Below, piece after piece: positions 55,157 to 63,233 of a stretch of 64,000 bases of DNA. The translations under genes and the position numbers were made by a program. The stretch comes from an uncultured virus (IMG/VR IMGVR_UViG_3300020435_000116) (lineage: Duplodnaviria; Heunggongvirae; Uroviricota; Caudoviricetes): positions 1-64,000 of the IMG/VR virus record IMGVR_UViG_3300020435_000116; one strand, given 5' to 3'. Positions within the stretch are counted from its first letter, which is position 1. Each line of letters opens with the position of its first letter. Below the pieces are notes generated by a model. The model did not search any database, was not told the origin of the DNA, and was given only the letters and a program-made list of their open reading frames with translations.

Positions 55157-57235
55157 TTATCCCCACAGTCCCAATGCGTAGTAGTCTTTACTTAGCCAAC
55201 CTGGCAGTACTTTTAGGCGGTACCCATCGATAGTGTCGATGAAATAATGACGTACGTTCAACTCGCCTGTGCGAGAGAATAGATCTTTTAACACTTTAAA
55301 CTCAGTTGGATTAACGGATTGTTTAACCGATGCAATAGGTGTTTCTTTAGAGATGTTAAGCTCCATTTCTTTAAGGCTCCAAGGAACCTGAGTAATAGAG
55401 ATGACGTCTGCTAGGAATACCACAGCGTAGTCTTCTTTAGTTAGATCTAAGATGTCTGTATCTTCGATGTTTTCTACAAAGCCCGATAAGTCGGTAGCTT
55501 CTGCCAATTCTACAATGTTGTCTTTAAGACGCTCAGCATCGTAGGTAGATTGTAGATAGTTACTTACATCACCTGCAGGGACAGCAGAGAAGATAAGCGA
55601 TAGTAGATCGTTAACTTTATCTTCAAACAGTTTGCGCGTACGCTCACCGTGTTCATTTTCGATTTCAGTTAATAGATCATCGAAGTCAGCTAACTCATCT
55701 ATAGTCCAATCAATAGACAGCGAGTAGTTAAGTGCATCGTTGATAATGCTGATAGCGCGATTAGCAATTTGACCACAGAAACGCTCAGGCATATCTAAGC
55801 CGTTCATAGTCTTAATGAAATCACCCATCGTCTCTGCTGCAACCAGATCATTTGCTCCTTCGCGATCAACACGATAAGCAATCGGTTTTAACTGACGATA
55901 TTGGAATTCCAAGATAGCGCCCTCAGGGATCTTGATGTTCTTGCTGATCAACGCTTGACGCAAATAGAACTCGGCTTGTTGATCAGAATGCGCATCAATT
56001 AGATTGTTAAGCTGTACTGCTGGGACCATCTCATCCTCCTCAGCCTCATCCGATAGGATTGTCGCTGTGGCGTTTACGTAATGGTAGTTCCCCCATCCGT
56101 CACCTTGAGGAGAACCACTAGGCTTACCTAGATTTTGAGTAGTAAGGGCTTTATCTAATTCGTGCTGTTCGTAATCCATGAATTCACCTTTTTCTTTAAT
56201 GACTTCCACGACGTAACCGTCTTTGTGCGGTAAGTAAATACGTTCGTGTGTGTTAGGGTTGTGTAAAATGTTAACAGGTAGAGTAGGTAATGTACTCATA
56301 CCGGCAGCTAGATCAGTGTAGTATAGCGGTGCGTCGTACTTAGACGATAACTCATTGTCAAACGACACATCTTCAGCAGGTTTAATCTCAGGGGTATCCC
56401 AGCGACCACGCCCAAAAGATTCTACGGTGTTGGTAGCTGGTTTCTTATCCGTCTTACCCACATCGACTTCTTCGTAGTTGTGCAATCCACCACGACGACC
56501 AGTATCTACTGTCGAACGAGCAGGTGTGCGCTGGTTAGTGAACATCGATGAACCACCGTTATTCATACCGCCATAGTTATTACCCTGATAGTTTGACTGA
56601 CTATTGAACCCACTCGTTGAGTTAAATCCACTTGTACGCGGGGCATAGCGATCGCCACCGCCCTGGTTATAGCCCCCGCCTTGATTAAAACCACCTTGGT
56701 TAAAACCACCACCTTGATTGCCCCACTGACGACCACCACCTTGCTGTTGATTTTGAAACTGCATAATCTGCTGCTTCAATTGTTCAAACTCAGCAAGTGT
56801 GGACTGTACAGAATTGATGATGTTTGGATCCTGCACCAATTGCTGCAACGGTTGGAACTGTATTGCGTTAACCGATGCGTAGATCCCTGTCATTTTCTGG
56901 GCAACCATCTGACAAGCACCTTCTAGGTTTTGATTACCTGAACTCATTACAAGTTCTAAGAAGCCGCCAGATGAAATAAGCATATCCTCGTATGCTTGGT
57001 TGTTATACATGTTGTTCGCCATTTGATTATACAAGAACACACGCAGAGGATTACGTGTTGCCTGCTCTTGTAAGTTATGGCGTAGGTAGCCGTCCATCAT
57101 TCTAAATGCATCTGGACCCAACTGCATTGGGAATCCGTTAGGGGGATTACGACCAGGTACTGAATACGGCAGTCCTTGAATAAAGAACTGCTGATTAGGT
57201 ACGTTAGGATCAAAGGGTAAATTACCGGGGTACAT
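55157..57235 (-). CDS. Conserved jumbo-phage protein with Q/G/N-rich low-complexity linker
   Basis: 692 aa, GAGG RBS, directly downstream of the nvRNAP subunit gene. Confidence 0.7.
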   Translation of the reverse strand: MYPGNLPFDPNVPNQQFFIQGLPYSVPGRNPPNGFPMQLGPDAFRMMDGYLRHNLQEQATRNPLRVFLYNQMANNMYNNQAYEDMLISSGGFLELVMSSGNQNLEGACQMVAQKMTGIYASVNAIQFQPLQQLVQDPNIINSVQSTLAEFEQLKQQIMQFQNQQQGGGRQWGNQGGGFNQGGFNQGGGYNQGGGDRYAPRTSGFNSTSGFNSQSNYQGNNYGGMNNGGSSMFTNQRTPARSTVDTGRRGGLHNYEEVDVGKTDKKPATNTVESFGRGRWDTPEIKPAEDVSFDNELSSKYDAPLYYTDLAAGMSTLPTLPVNILHNPNTHERIYLPHKDGYVVEVIKEKGEFMDYEQHELDKALTTQNLGKPSGSPQGDGWGNYHYVNATATILSDEAEEDEMVPAVQLNNLIDAHSDQQAEFYLRQALISKNIKIPEGAILEFQYRQLKPIAYRVDREGANDLVAAETMGDFIKTMNGLDMPERFCGQIANRAISIINDALNYSLSIDWTIDELADFDDLLTEIENEHGERTRKLFEDKVNDLLSLIFSAVPAGDVSNYLQSTYDAERLKDNIVELAEATDLSGFVENIEDTDILDLTKEDYAVVFLADVISITQVPWSLKEMELNISKETPIASVKQSVNPTEFKVLKDLFSRTGELNVRHYFIDTIDGYRLKVLPGWLSKDYYALGLWG

Positions 57236-57282
57236 AAGAGACCTCGTTGTTTTTTGTCGGTAGTGTGTTTACAGTCTGATTG

Positions 57283-58899
57283 TTACGTGCGTGCAATTTT
57301 AGCTTGTACTGAGTCAATCAAATCGGCAAACTCTGGATTAGGTATAATCTCACCATCAGGTGTTACATTTAAGTAAGGGTTAATCTGGCCATGACCTGTT
57401 GGGCAGGAACTAGGCTGATTACCATAACTACATACTTCTGCTAGCGAGGCATGCAGTAACCTAGATGGTTTAGTCTTCGTACCGTTACGAGAGCCAGTCG
57501 CATCGGTCTGAGGCACTACTTTGTTAGTCATCTTAAACATAAGGTTATCACCTGCGGTAGAGAGTGAACTTACTTCACCATGGCCGGTGTTAATCTTACG
57601 GATGGTATCAAACTTAAGATACTTATCCATTAGTTTTTCGATGTCTTTACTCGTTAGTGTTTTATTTTTATTAGAGTTTAACTTGAAGGTGAAATTGAAT
57701 ATAGCCTTTATCACATCTAGTAATATATATCTCAATGTTGTTAGCTTCTTACCGTATAGGTTAGAAACGTCCGTTGTGACTATAATCTCATTCATGGTTT
57801 CGATGATATAAGCAAATAGTGCGTAAATGTCTTTACACTCTACCCCTTCCTTCTCAAGGTTCATCTGTACCAATCCATCAATGTAGTAATCTAGACTCAC
57901 CAGGTGAGCGTCGATGTCCTCTAAGAGCCTTCCTTCATTCACTTTACTCTTGAAGATAACGTGTCCCATCAACACACGCCATAAACGTGTATCGTCAATG
58001 TACTCCGGACGAATACGCTGAGTAAAATGATCTGCTAAGTAGAAGAAGGTTGCAAGTAGGTTGTCTGATAGCTGACTGCGTTGATCACGTTTACACGCTA
58101 CACGTATTTGAGTAGGTCTGTAGCCCTTACCCTTAACGCTAATAGGCTGTAAATGTAAGCTCTCTACAATCATCCATTCAGACTTAGGGTGGGTTTGCTC
58201 GTTAATCGTGTTACGATCACCCACCACTACATCCATACCGCAGAAACGTTTGAAGGTTTCCGTTACCCCGTATTTACAAAACAGATAATGACCTAAGGTA
58301 CTTACCATATTTAGGCGGAGTCCACCCATGTAGATAATCTTAGAGTTTTTATCTTTCTGGCGTAAATGGTAAATAGTACTCCATGGGATACTTAAGGTTT
58401 CTTTTACACCATCGATGACCAGGTTGTGCGTGACCCTCTCAAAGGTAAGTTTGTCACGTGTTAACGCAACGAATAGTTTACCATCATCAACAGAGAAAAG
58501 ATTATCAACCATGACAGGATTGATAACATACTTAGAACCATTTACACGTATTAAACCACCTGGTCCAACAAACGGAAGTTGTAACAGACGTGGGAATAAC
58601 TTCTGGCCTTGATAGCTGAAGTTAAATTGAACAGCGTAGAAGTCACTAGGTGCTAGATTAAACTCAGCACGCGATGAACGCTTGCGCGTCATGTAGTTAT
58701 ACTGCTGCTCTGGTGTCGCTCGTTTGTACTCTCCATCGTACGTAAATCCCTCTGGAAAGCTTCTTGCTGCACATTTCCACACATGGTCGATGTATTCCTC
58801 GACTCCACGCATCTGCTCTACGACCAATCCTTCCGCCAAAAGGGGATTGAACTTAGGCACATGTTGCTCGTGTATGTGTGTAAATAAATATTGATCCAT
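57283..58899 (-). CDS. Non-virion RNA polymerase beta-like N-terminal subunit (phiKZ gp123-like)
   Basis: LPFV..GG.IRVNGSKY.I.P resembles RpoB (G.F.ING.ERV) and LHAS...C...P...PTG.G.INP resembles the RpoB fork region. Located two genes downstream of the capsid gene. Confidence 0.75.
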   Translation of the reverse strand: MDQYLFTHIHEQHVPKFNPLLAEGLVVEQMRGVEEYIDHVWKCAARSFPEGFTYDGEYKRATPEQQYNYMTRKRSSRAEFNLAPSDFYAVQFNFSYQGQKLFPRLLQLPFVGPGGLIRVNGSKYVINPVMVDNLFSVDDGKLFVALTRDKLTFERVTHNLVIDGVKETLSIPWSTIYHLRQKDKNSKIIYMGGLRLNMVSTLGHYLFCKYGVTETFKRFCGMDVVVGDRNTINEQTHPKSEWMIVESLHLQPISVKGKGYRPTQIRVACKRDQRSQLSDNLLATFFYLADHFTQRIRPEYIDDTRLWRVLMGHVIFKSKVNEGRLLEDIDAHLVSLDYYIDGLVQMNLEKEGVECKDIYALFAYIIETMNEIIVTTDVSNLYGKKLTTLRYILLDVIKAIFNFTFKLNSNKNKTLTSKDIEKLMDKYLKFDTIRKINTGHGEVSSLSTAGDNLMFKMTNKVVPQTDATGSRNGTKTKPSRLLHASLAEVCSYGNQPSSCPTGHGQINPYLNVTPDGEIIPNPEFADLIDSVQAKIART

Positions 58900-58996
58900 T
58901 AGATCATCCTCCGATCAGTTATGTCTACATTCGGACATAATGACACTTCTTTTTAAGCATCACCATAGGGTTAGTGTTCTCTGTAATTCTTAACGC

Positions 58997-60121
58997 TTAG
59001 TCTCGGAATTTAGCCACTGCCGCCAATGCAATACCGATGCCTGTTACTAATGCGCCGCCTATTTTAAGGATCTCCACACCAACGCTACGCTCATCCTTCA
59101 TTCTATCTACTTTTGCTTTTCTTTCCAACTCCTCAATCTTCCTTTGATGATCACGTTCTTTACGTGACTCTTCTAAACGTTTAGCACGCTCTTCTGCTTC
59201 AGCTGCCTCTTTATCTAGCCGTTGCTTCTCTAGCTGATACTTCTTCTCCAACAATTTAACTTCATCCCCATAGGTAAGACACTCCTGGGGGTTGTAGTAA
59301 ATCATAGGCGCGTCTACGTTATCTGGATTCAAACAGTCTAACGTTTCATAATGGCTTGTGGTAGGACCATTGACAAAGATACCGTTAATCTCACCGGCTT
59401 GCGATGTATGGGAGCTACGATGTATCCAGATGCCGTCCTCAAGGCTTTCTGACATGGTAGGTTTAATCTCCATCACATCCCCTTGGATATTGATGTACAG
59501 TGAATCGAACCGCTTGGCATTATCTATCAGCGTGATTGTAAAGTTACTTCGTAGTAATGCTTTTCTATCATTCTCATGTTGAGTGAAGATACTGGTTGCG
59601 TCCTTACCAGAGTAAGGATGTCTAACGTCGTTCCCGTCTAACCCAATACAAACGTCTAGGTTAGTTAAGTAAAGTCCTTTAGGGTGATCTGAGATCGCCC
59701 TACCACCAATGATGTATCGGATAGTAAACTTTAATCCTGATTTATGTTTCTCTATATGGTCTCCTGATGTAATAGCTTCGATAACGCGCTGCTGTTCGCA
59801 GTGTTGATTGTTAACATCTTCTTCTACGTCAATCATTAGCTGGTTGATAAATTCATCCACACGGTCATAGGCGACTAAGAAGGTTTGCTCGACAATAAGC
59901 TTACCTACATGAGCCGATGGGATGTTCATGTGTTTATCCTCTAGTGTTAGAGGAAACATAATGTTGTTACGGTGAGAGAGATATAGCACCTTACCTGTAT
60001 AGTTATAATAGCTTTCAGTCACACGCAGTGCTGCATGTCGCGGCTGACTATACGTATTTTCCTTATACGCTTCCATTGATCTTATACGTGTAAAATGCCC
60101 CCTTTTCCTAGATTTGTCCAT
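58997..60121 (-). CDS. Conserved protein with C-terminal coiled coil and hydrophobic tail (phiKZ gp122-like)
   Basis: 374 aa. Charged coiled coil followed by ILKIGGALVTGIGIALAAV. Synteny. Confidence 0.6.
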   Translation of the reverse strand: MDKSRKRGHFTRIRSMEAYKENTYSQPRHAALRVTESYYNYTGKVLYLSHRNNIMFPLTLEDKHMNIPSAHVGKLIVEQTFLVAYDRVDEFINQLMIDVEEDVNNQHCEQQRVIEAITSGDHIEKHKSGLKFTIRYIIGGRAISDHPKGLYLTNLDVCIGLDGNDVRHPYSGKDATSIFTQHENDRKALLRSNFTITLIDNAKRFDSLYINIQGDVMEIKPTMSESLEDGIWIHRSSHTSQAGEINGIFVNGPTTSHYETLDCLNPDNVDAPMIYYNPQECLTYGDEVKLLEKKYQLEKQRLDKEAAEAEERAKRLEESRKERDHQRKIEELERKAKVDRMKDERSVGVEILKIGGALVTGIGIALAAVAKFRD

Positions 60122-60177
60122 TTGGCGTATTCTCTAAACTTAACCCTATTAATGGTCTTAGCGCAAAGACCACTCTA

Positions 60178-60187
60178 GTAATGTAGG
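60178..60187 (-). promoter_or_regulatory. Putative early promoter motif CCTACATTAC
   Basis: Upstream of the gp122/gp123-like operon. Confidence 0.6.
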
Positions 60188-60204
60188 TCTGAAGTATCGT
60201 CGAG

Positions 60205-60252
60205 ACGGCATAGACGGCATAACACCCAGGAACCTTAAGTCCCCAGGTGTTA
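60205..60252 (-). terminator. Hairpin followed by tandem TATGCCGTC x2
   Basis: On the minus strand: taacacctgggg..cctgggtgtta then tgccgtctatgccgtc. Confidence 0.65.
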
Positions 60253-60356
60253 CTTAACCACACTAAGTGATATTTAAAACGGTAATTAAACCGGCATTGT
60301 CTTTTTTTGTTTTGTAATACGCAAGCGCATTTTAACCAGATTGTTAATGAAGCGTT

Positions 60357-60374
60357 GGGGAGGAAACCCTCCCC
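60357..60374 (-). other. GC-rich hairpin just after the capsid stop codon
   Basis: ggggagg-aaac-cctcccc with no T tract. Confidence 0.6.
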
Positions 60375-60383
60375 GAAGTAGGC

Positions 60384-62546
60384 TTAGCTACGTGTTGGTA
60401 CACCACCGATGTAGTCAGTGAAGACTGCGTCGATGTTAGACACGTTGATCACACCCAATACTGGTAGGTGTGGAACGTGTAGGTCACGTGGTTGAACCTG
60501 AGTTTCTTTAGTTGTAGCATTGTCACGTGAAACTTGCGCTGTGCTAGTAAGCTCAGGCATGTAGAAGTGAGTACCAAAACCAAGTGCATCAGGCTTACCG
60601 CTTGCACCGCGACCGAAACCAAGAACGATCTTACCATTCATACGAGAATCAGGTGAAGATACAACTTCAAAGTCCATACCGATGCTTGCAGTGCGTTCAT
60701 CACCAGAAACCATGATGTGCTGAGCGATAACGTTATCTGTACCGATGATCAACTTAGGCTTAACGCTAGTACCACCAGTTTCCATTTCTAGCGCTGCTGC
60801 GTAGTTAGAACGATCCATCATCTTATAAGCTATTTGACGAATGGCGTCTACTAGTACCGCAGAGAAGTCAGCTGCTTTCTCATGAGACTTGGTAGAGTTG
60901 ATCACTGCTTTAGCATCGATAGTTTCTTCTTGGAAGTAAGGCTTCACTAGAAGACGACCGATACCTTGTACTTGTGGAGCAGCACCAGTTGCGCTTGCAC
61001 GTGCAACAGTTGAACGAAGGCTATCTACATAGTTAAGTAGAGTAGTTACCGCGTTGTTTGAAGTACGTGTACGTGCAGTTGTAATAAGAGCACGTAGATC
61101 AGAAGCGCTGTCGCTAGCACCGTGAACAGGCTGAGGTGCAGAGATAGGTGCACCTAGTGGTACAGTGTAACGCTCTTTAACTTCAGTGCGATCGATCAAG
61201 ATACCACGAGTACGGCGGTTAGCGTTAGTTAGACGCGCGTCCAATTTGTAACCGATAACTTCCATAGAGAAGCTGTCGATAGCAGTCTTACCAGCACCAG
61301 TGCTAGTAGAGATAGGTGTACCGCTAGCGTCGTGTAGACCGTTAACGCGAACAGGTGAAGCATTGATTTCAAGTGCACCAGTTTCAACGTTAATTGTACC
61401 GTTAAGCTTAAGGTCAACAGACGCAACGTTGTCACCAAGACCGCTAAGTGCAGCAGCAGCAGAACCATCAACACCTTTAGTGTCGTTAGCAAGCAATACC
61501 GCGTTGTTAGAGAACGTTAGTGTCATTTCACGGCTATCACCTTCAGCAGCAGGCTGGAAAGTAGTACGTGGAAGACCTTTAACCTGGATCTCAAGAACGT
61601 CAGATTCACCAGTAGATGAATCGGCTTGGTTAGCTGCATCACGAACAAGAACGTAAACAGTCTTAAGTTCAACACGACCGTCGATAGAATCAGTGCTGTC
61701 GATCTGTGCATTGATACGGTTAGGACCAGTTGCAAGAGAAACCAGATCCATTTGCGTGTCTACGCGAAGTGCAGAAGTCTTGAACTCGTCACCGTCAACT
61801 TTAGTGTCAACAGGTGCTAGTACGTCTGTGTCTACGAAGAAGTCAGCGCGGCTGTCGTCAGCCAGGTAAACTGGAACAAGTGCAGTAGTTTGGTTCTCAA
61901 GAATAGTTGCATCTTGAACCGCTTCTACTAGGTTAACTTTACCGAAGTTAGTGATGCTGCCAGTAGCAGAACGAGTAACTTCATTGAAAACCATGGTACG
62001 CTGTACAGATACTTCAGCACCTGCGTTGTCAGGAGACATTACGTAAGTTGGGAAGAATGCTTCAGCAAACGGGTCTTGTACCGCAGCAAGGGCGTTGAAT
62101 ACAATTGAGTGTGGAGCAAACTTACGAAGTTCAGTTTCATCGAACGCTTCGTTAGAAGGCGTTAGGCGGAAGTCCATTGAACCCGCTGAACCAAATGCTG
62201 GAAGTTCTGCGTTGCTTTCTGTAGAAACACGCATTGCTTTCTGAGCGTAAACCGCAGGGTTACCGCTAGCAAGTAGAGCAATTGCAGCTGCTTCAAGACC
62301 GATTTCGTTTACACGGAAATCTTCACCAAGCGTATCTTTAAGTACAGTGTTAAGCTCTTGTGAACCGTGTTCAAAAGACGCTTCAAGATCCGTACGTGCG
62401 TTGTCGTCCAAAGACTCCAATGCCACAAGATTGTTCGCGATGGTGTGGTTAGACAGATCAGCACCTTGACCCTGCAGAAGCGCGGAGATGCTTGTTTGAG
62501 CGGCACCTAAACCAGTTGCCTTTTTCTTGATGCTTAATAGGGACAT
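60384..62546 (-). CDS. Major capsid protein (phiKZ gp120-like)
   Basis: 720 aa. Motifs QDPFAEAFFPT, TN.NRRTRG.LID and VQPR.LH.PHLPVL. Very strong codon bias. Helicase-gp119-MCP-gp122-gp123 synteny. Confidence 0.9.
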   Translation of the reverse strand: MSLLSIKKKATGLGAAQTSISALLQGQGADLSNHTIANNLVALESLDDNARTDLEASFEHGSQELNTVLKDTLGEDFRVNEIGLEAAAIALLASGNPAVYAQKAMRVSTESNAELPAFGSAGSMDFRLTPSNEAFDETELRKFAPHSIVFNALAAVQDPFAEAFFPTYVMSPDNAGAEVSVQRTMVFNEVTRSATGSITNFGKVNLVEAVQDATILENQTTALVPVYLADDSRADFFVDTDVLAPVDTKVDGDEFKTSALRVDTQMDLVSLATGPNRINAQIDSTDSIDGRVELKTVYVLVRDAANQADSSTGESDVLEIQVKGLPRTTFQPAAEGDSREMTLTFSNNAVLLANDTKGVDGSAAAALSGLGDNVASVDLKLNGTINVETGALEINASPVRVNGLHDASGTPISTSTGAGKTAIDSFSMEVIGYKLDARLTNANRRTRGILIDRTEVKERYTVPLGAPISAPQPVHGASDSASDLRALITTARTRTSNNAVTTLLNYVDSLRSTVARASATGAAPQVQGIGRLLVKPYFQEETIDAKAVINSTKSHEKAADFSAVLVDAIRQIAYKMMDRSNYAAALEMETGGTSVKPKLIIGTDNVIAQHIMVSGDERTASIGMDFEVVSSPDSRMNGKIVLGFGRGASGKPDALGFGTHFYMPELTSTAQVSRDNATTKETQVQPRDLHVPHLPVLGVINVSNIDAVFTDYIGGVPTRS

Positions 62547-62645
62547 TATCGTACCTTTCCTTTCATTAACGTGGATTATTAAGAAGCGTGTGTCTCATAC
62601 AGTGTGTGACACGAGTTTGCTTCTACAGGTTAAAAATGCGGATGA

Positions 62646-63179
62646 CTACGCTGCGTGACGCAGCTGCATCGCAACGTAGCTGGTATACAGTGGCGTCTTT
62701 AGTATGTCGCCATGACTATAGCGTATCTGAAGAATGTTGAACAGTTCCTCATATAAATCTACAACCACTACAGGTTCTTCACTAGGCTCGACGCATAAGC
62801 CTATAGTATCCGTGCCGATTAGGCAGGGTTTCATAGAGATAGACTCAATGGCGCTTCCTAATGTTTGCCCGAAGACTAAAAGTTGCGCCTGACTAGCGGT
62901 ATCCTGGTACTGCATAAGTTTAATGCGTGCGCCGTCTTCTGGAACATCTGGCAACCCTTTAATAGTAGCATGAGGAAAACTTGCTGCTAATGCGTTAAGC
63001 CAAACGGTATCATTAGAACCTAGTCTCATAAGCGTGTTATAACAACAAGCTTGGTAGAACTGAACATCTTCGGGTGATAGTATAGACGACAATTTCTCAA
63101 TATCCAGCACACTGGTGAGAGGCTCGCCCAGACGCGCTAAAGTTTGCTTTAGCCAATGGGGTATAATGACATAATTCAT
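62646..63179 (-). CDS. Conserved protein upstream of capsid gene (phiKZ gp119-like)
   Basis: 177 aa, N-terminal IIPHWL, synteny. Confidence 0.6.
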   Translation of the reverse strand: MNYVIIPHWLKQTLARLGEPLTSVLDIEKLSSILSPEDVQFYQACCYNTLMRLGSNDTVWLNALAASFPHATIKGLPDVPEDGARIKLMQYQDTASQAQLLVFGQTLGSAIESISMKPCLIGTDTIGLCVEPSEEPVVVVDLYEELFNILQIRYSHGDILKTPLYTSYVAMQLRHAA

Positions 63180-63233
63180 AAAGGGCCTTTAAACGGTAGT
63201 TGCGTGTGATTCATCTATACAATAGGAAACCTC

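Noticed and set aside
4075..60221. CRISPR array or IS ends as an explanation for the dispersed hairpin repeats
   Set aside because: Copies are kilobases apart with no regular spacers, and I found no cas gene, transposase or target-site duplications.
60449..62506. Several alternative-frame and antisense ORFs inside the capsid gene, and similar shadow ORFs elsewhere in the track
   Set aside because: They are explained by the strong codon bias of the real genes and have no RBS or recognisable motifs.
22186..62600. TATG late-promoter sites upstream of structural genes (e.g. about 22187, 36326, 62596)
   Set aside because: Plausible from phiKZ knowledge, but a 4-mer is too frequent to support without TSS data.
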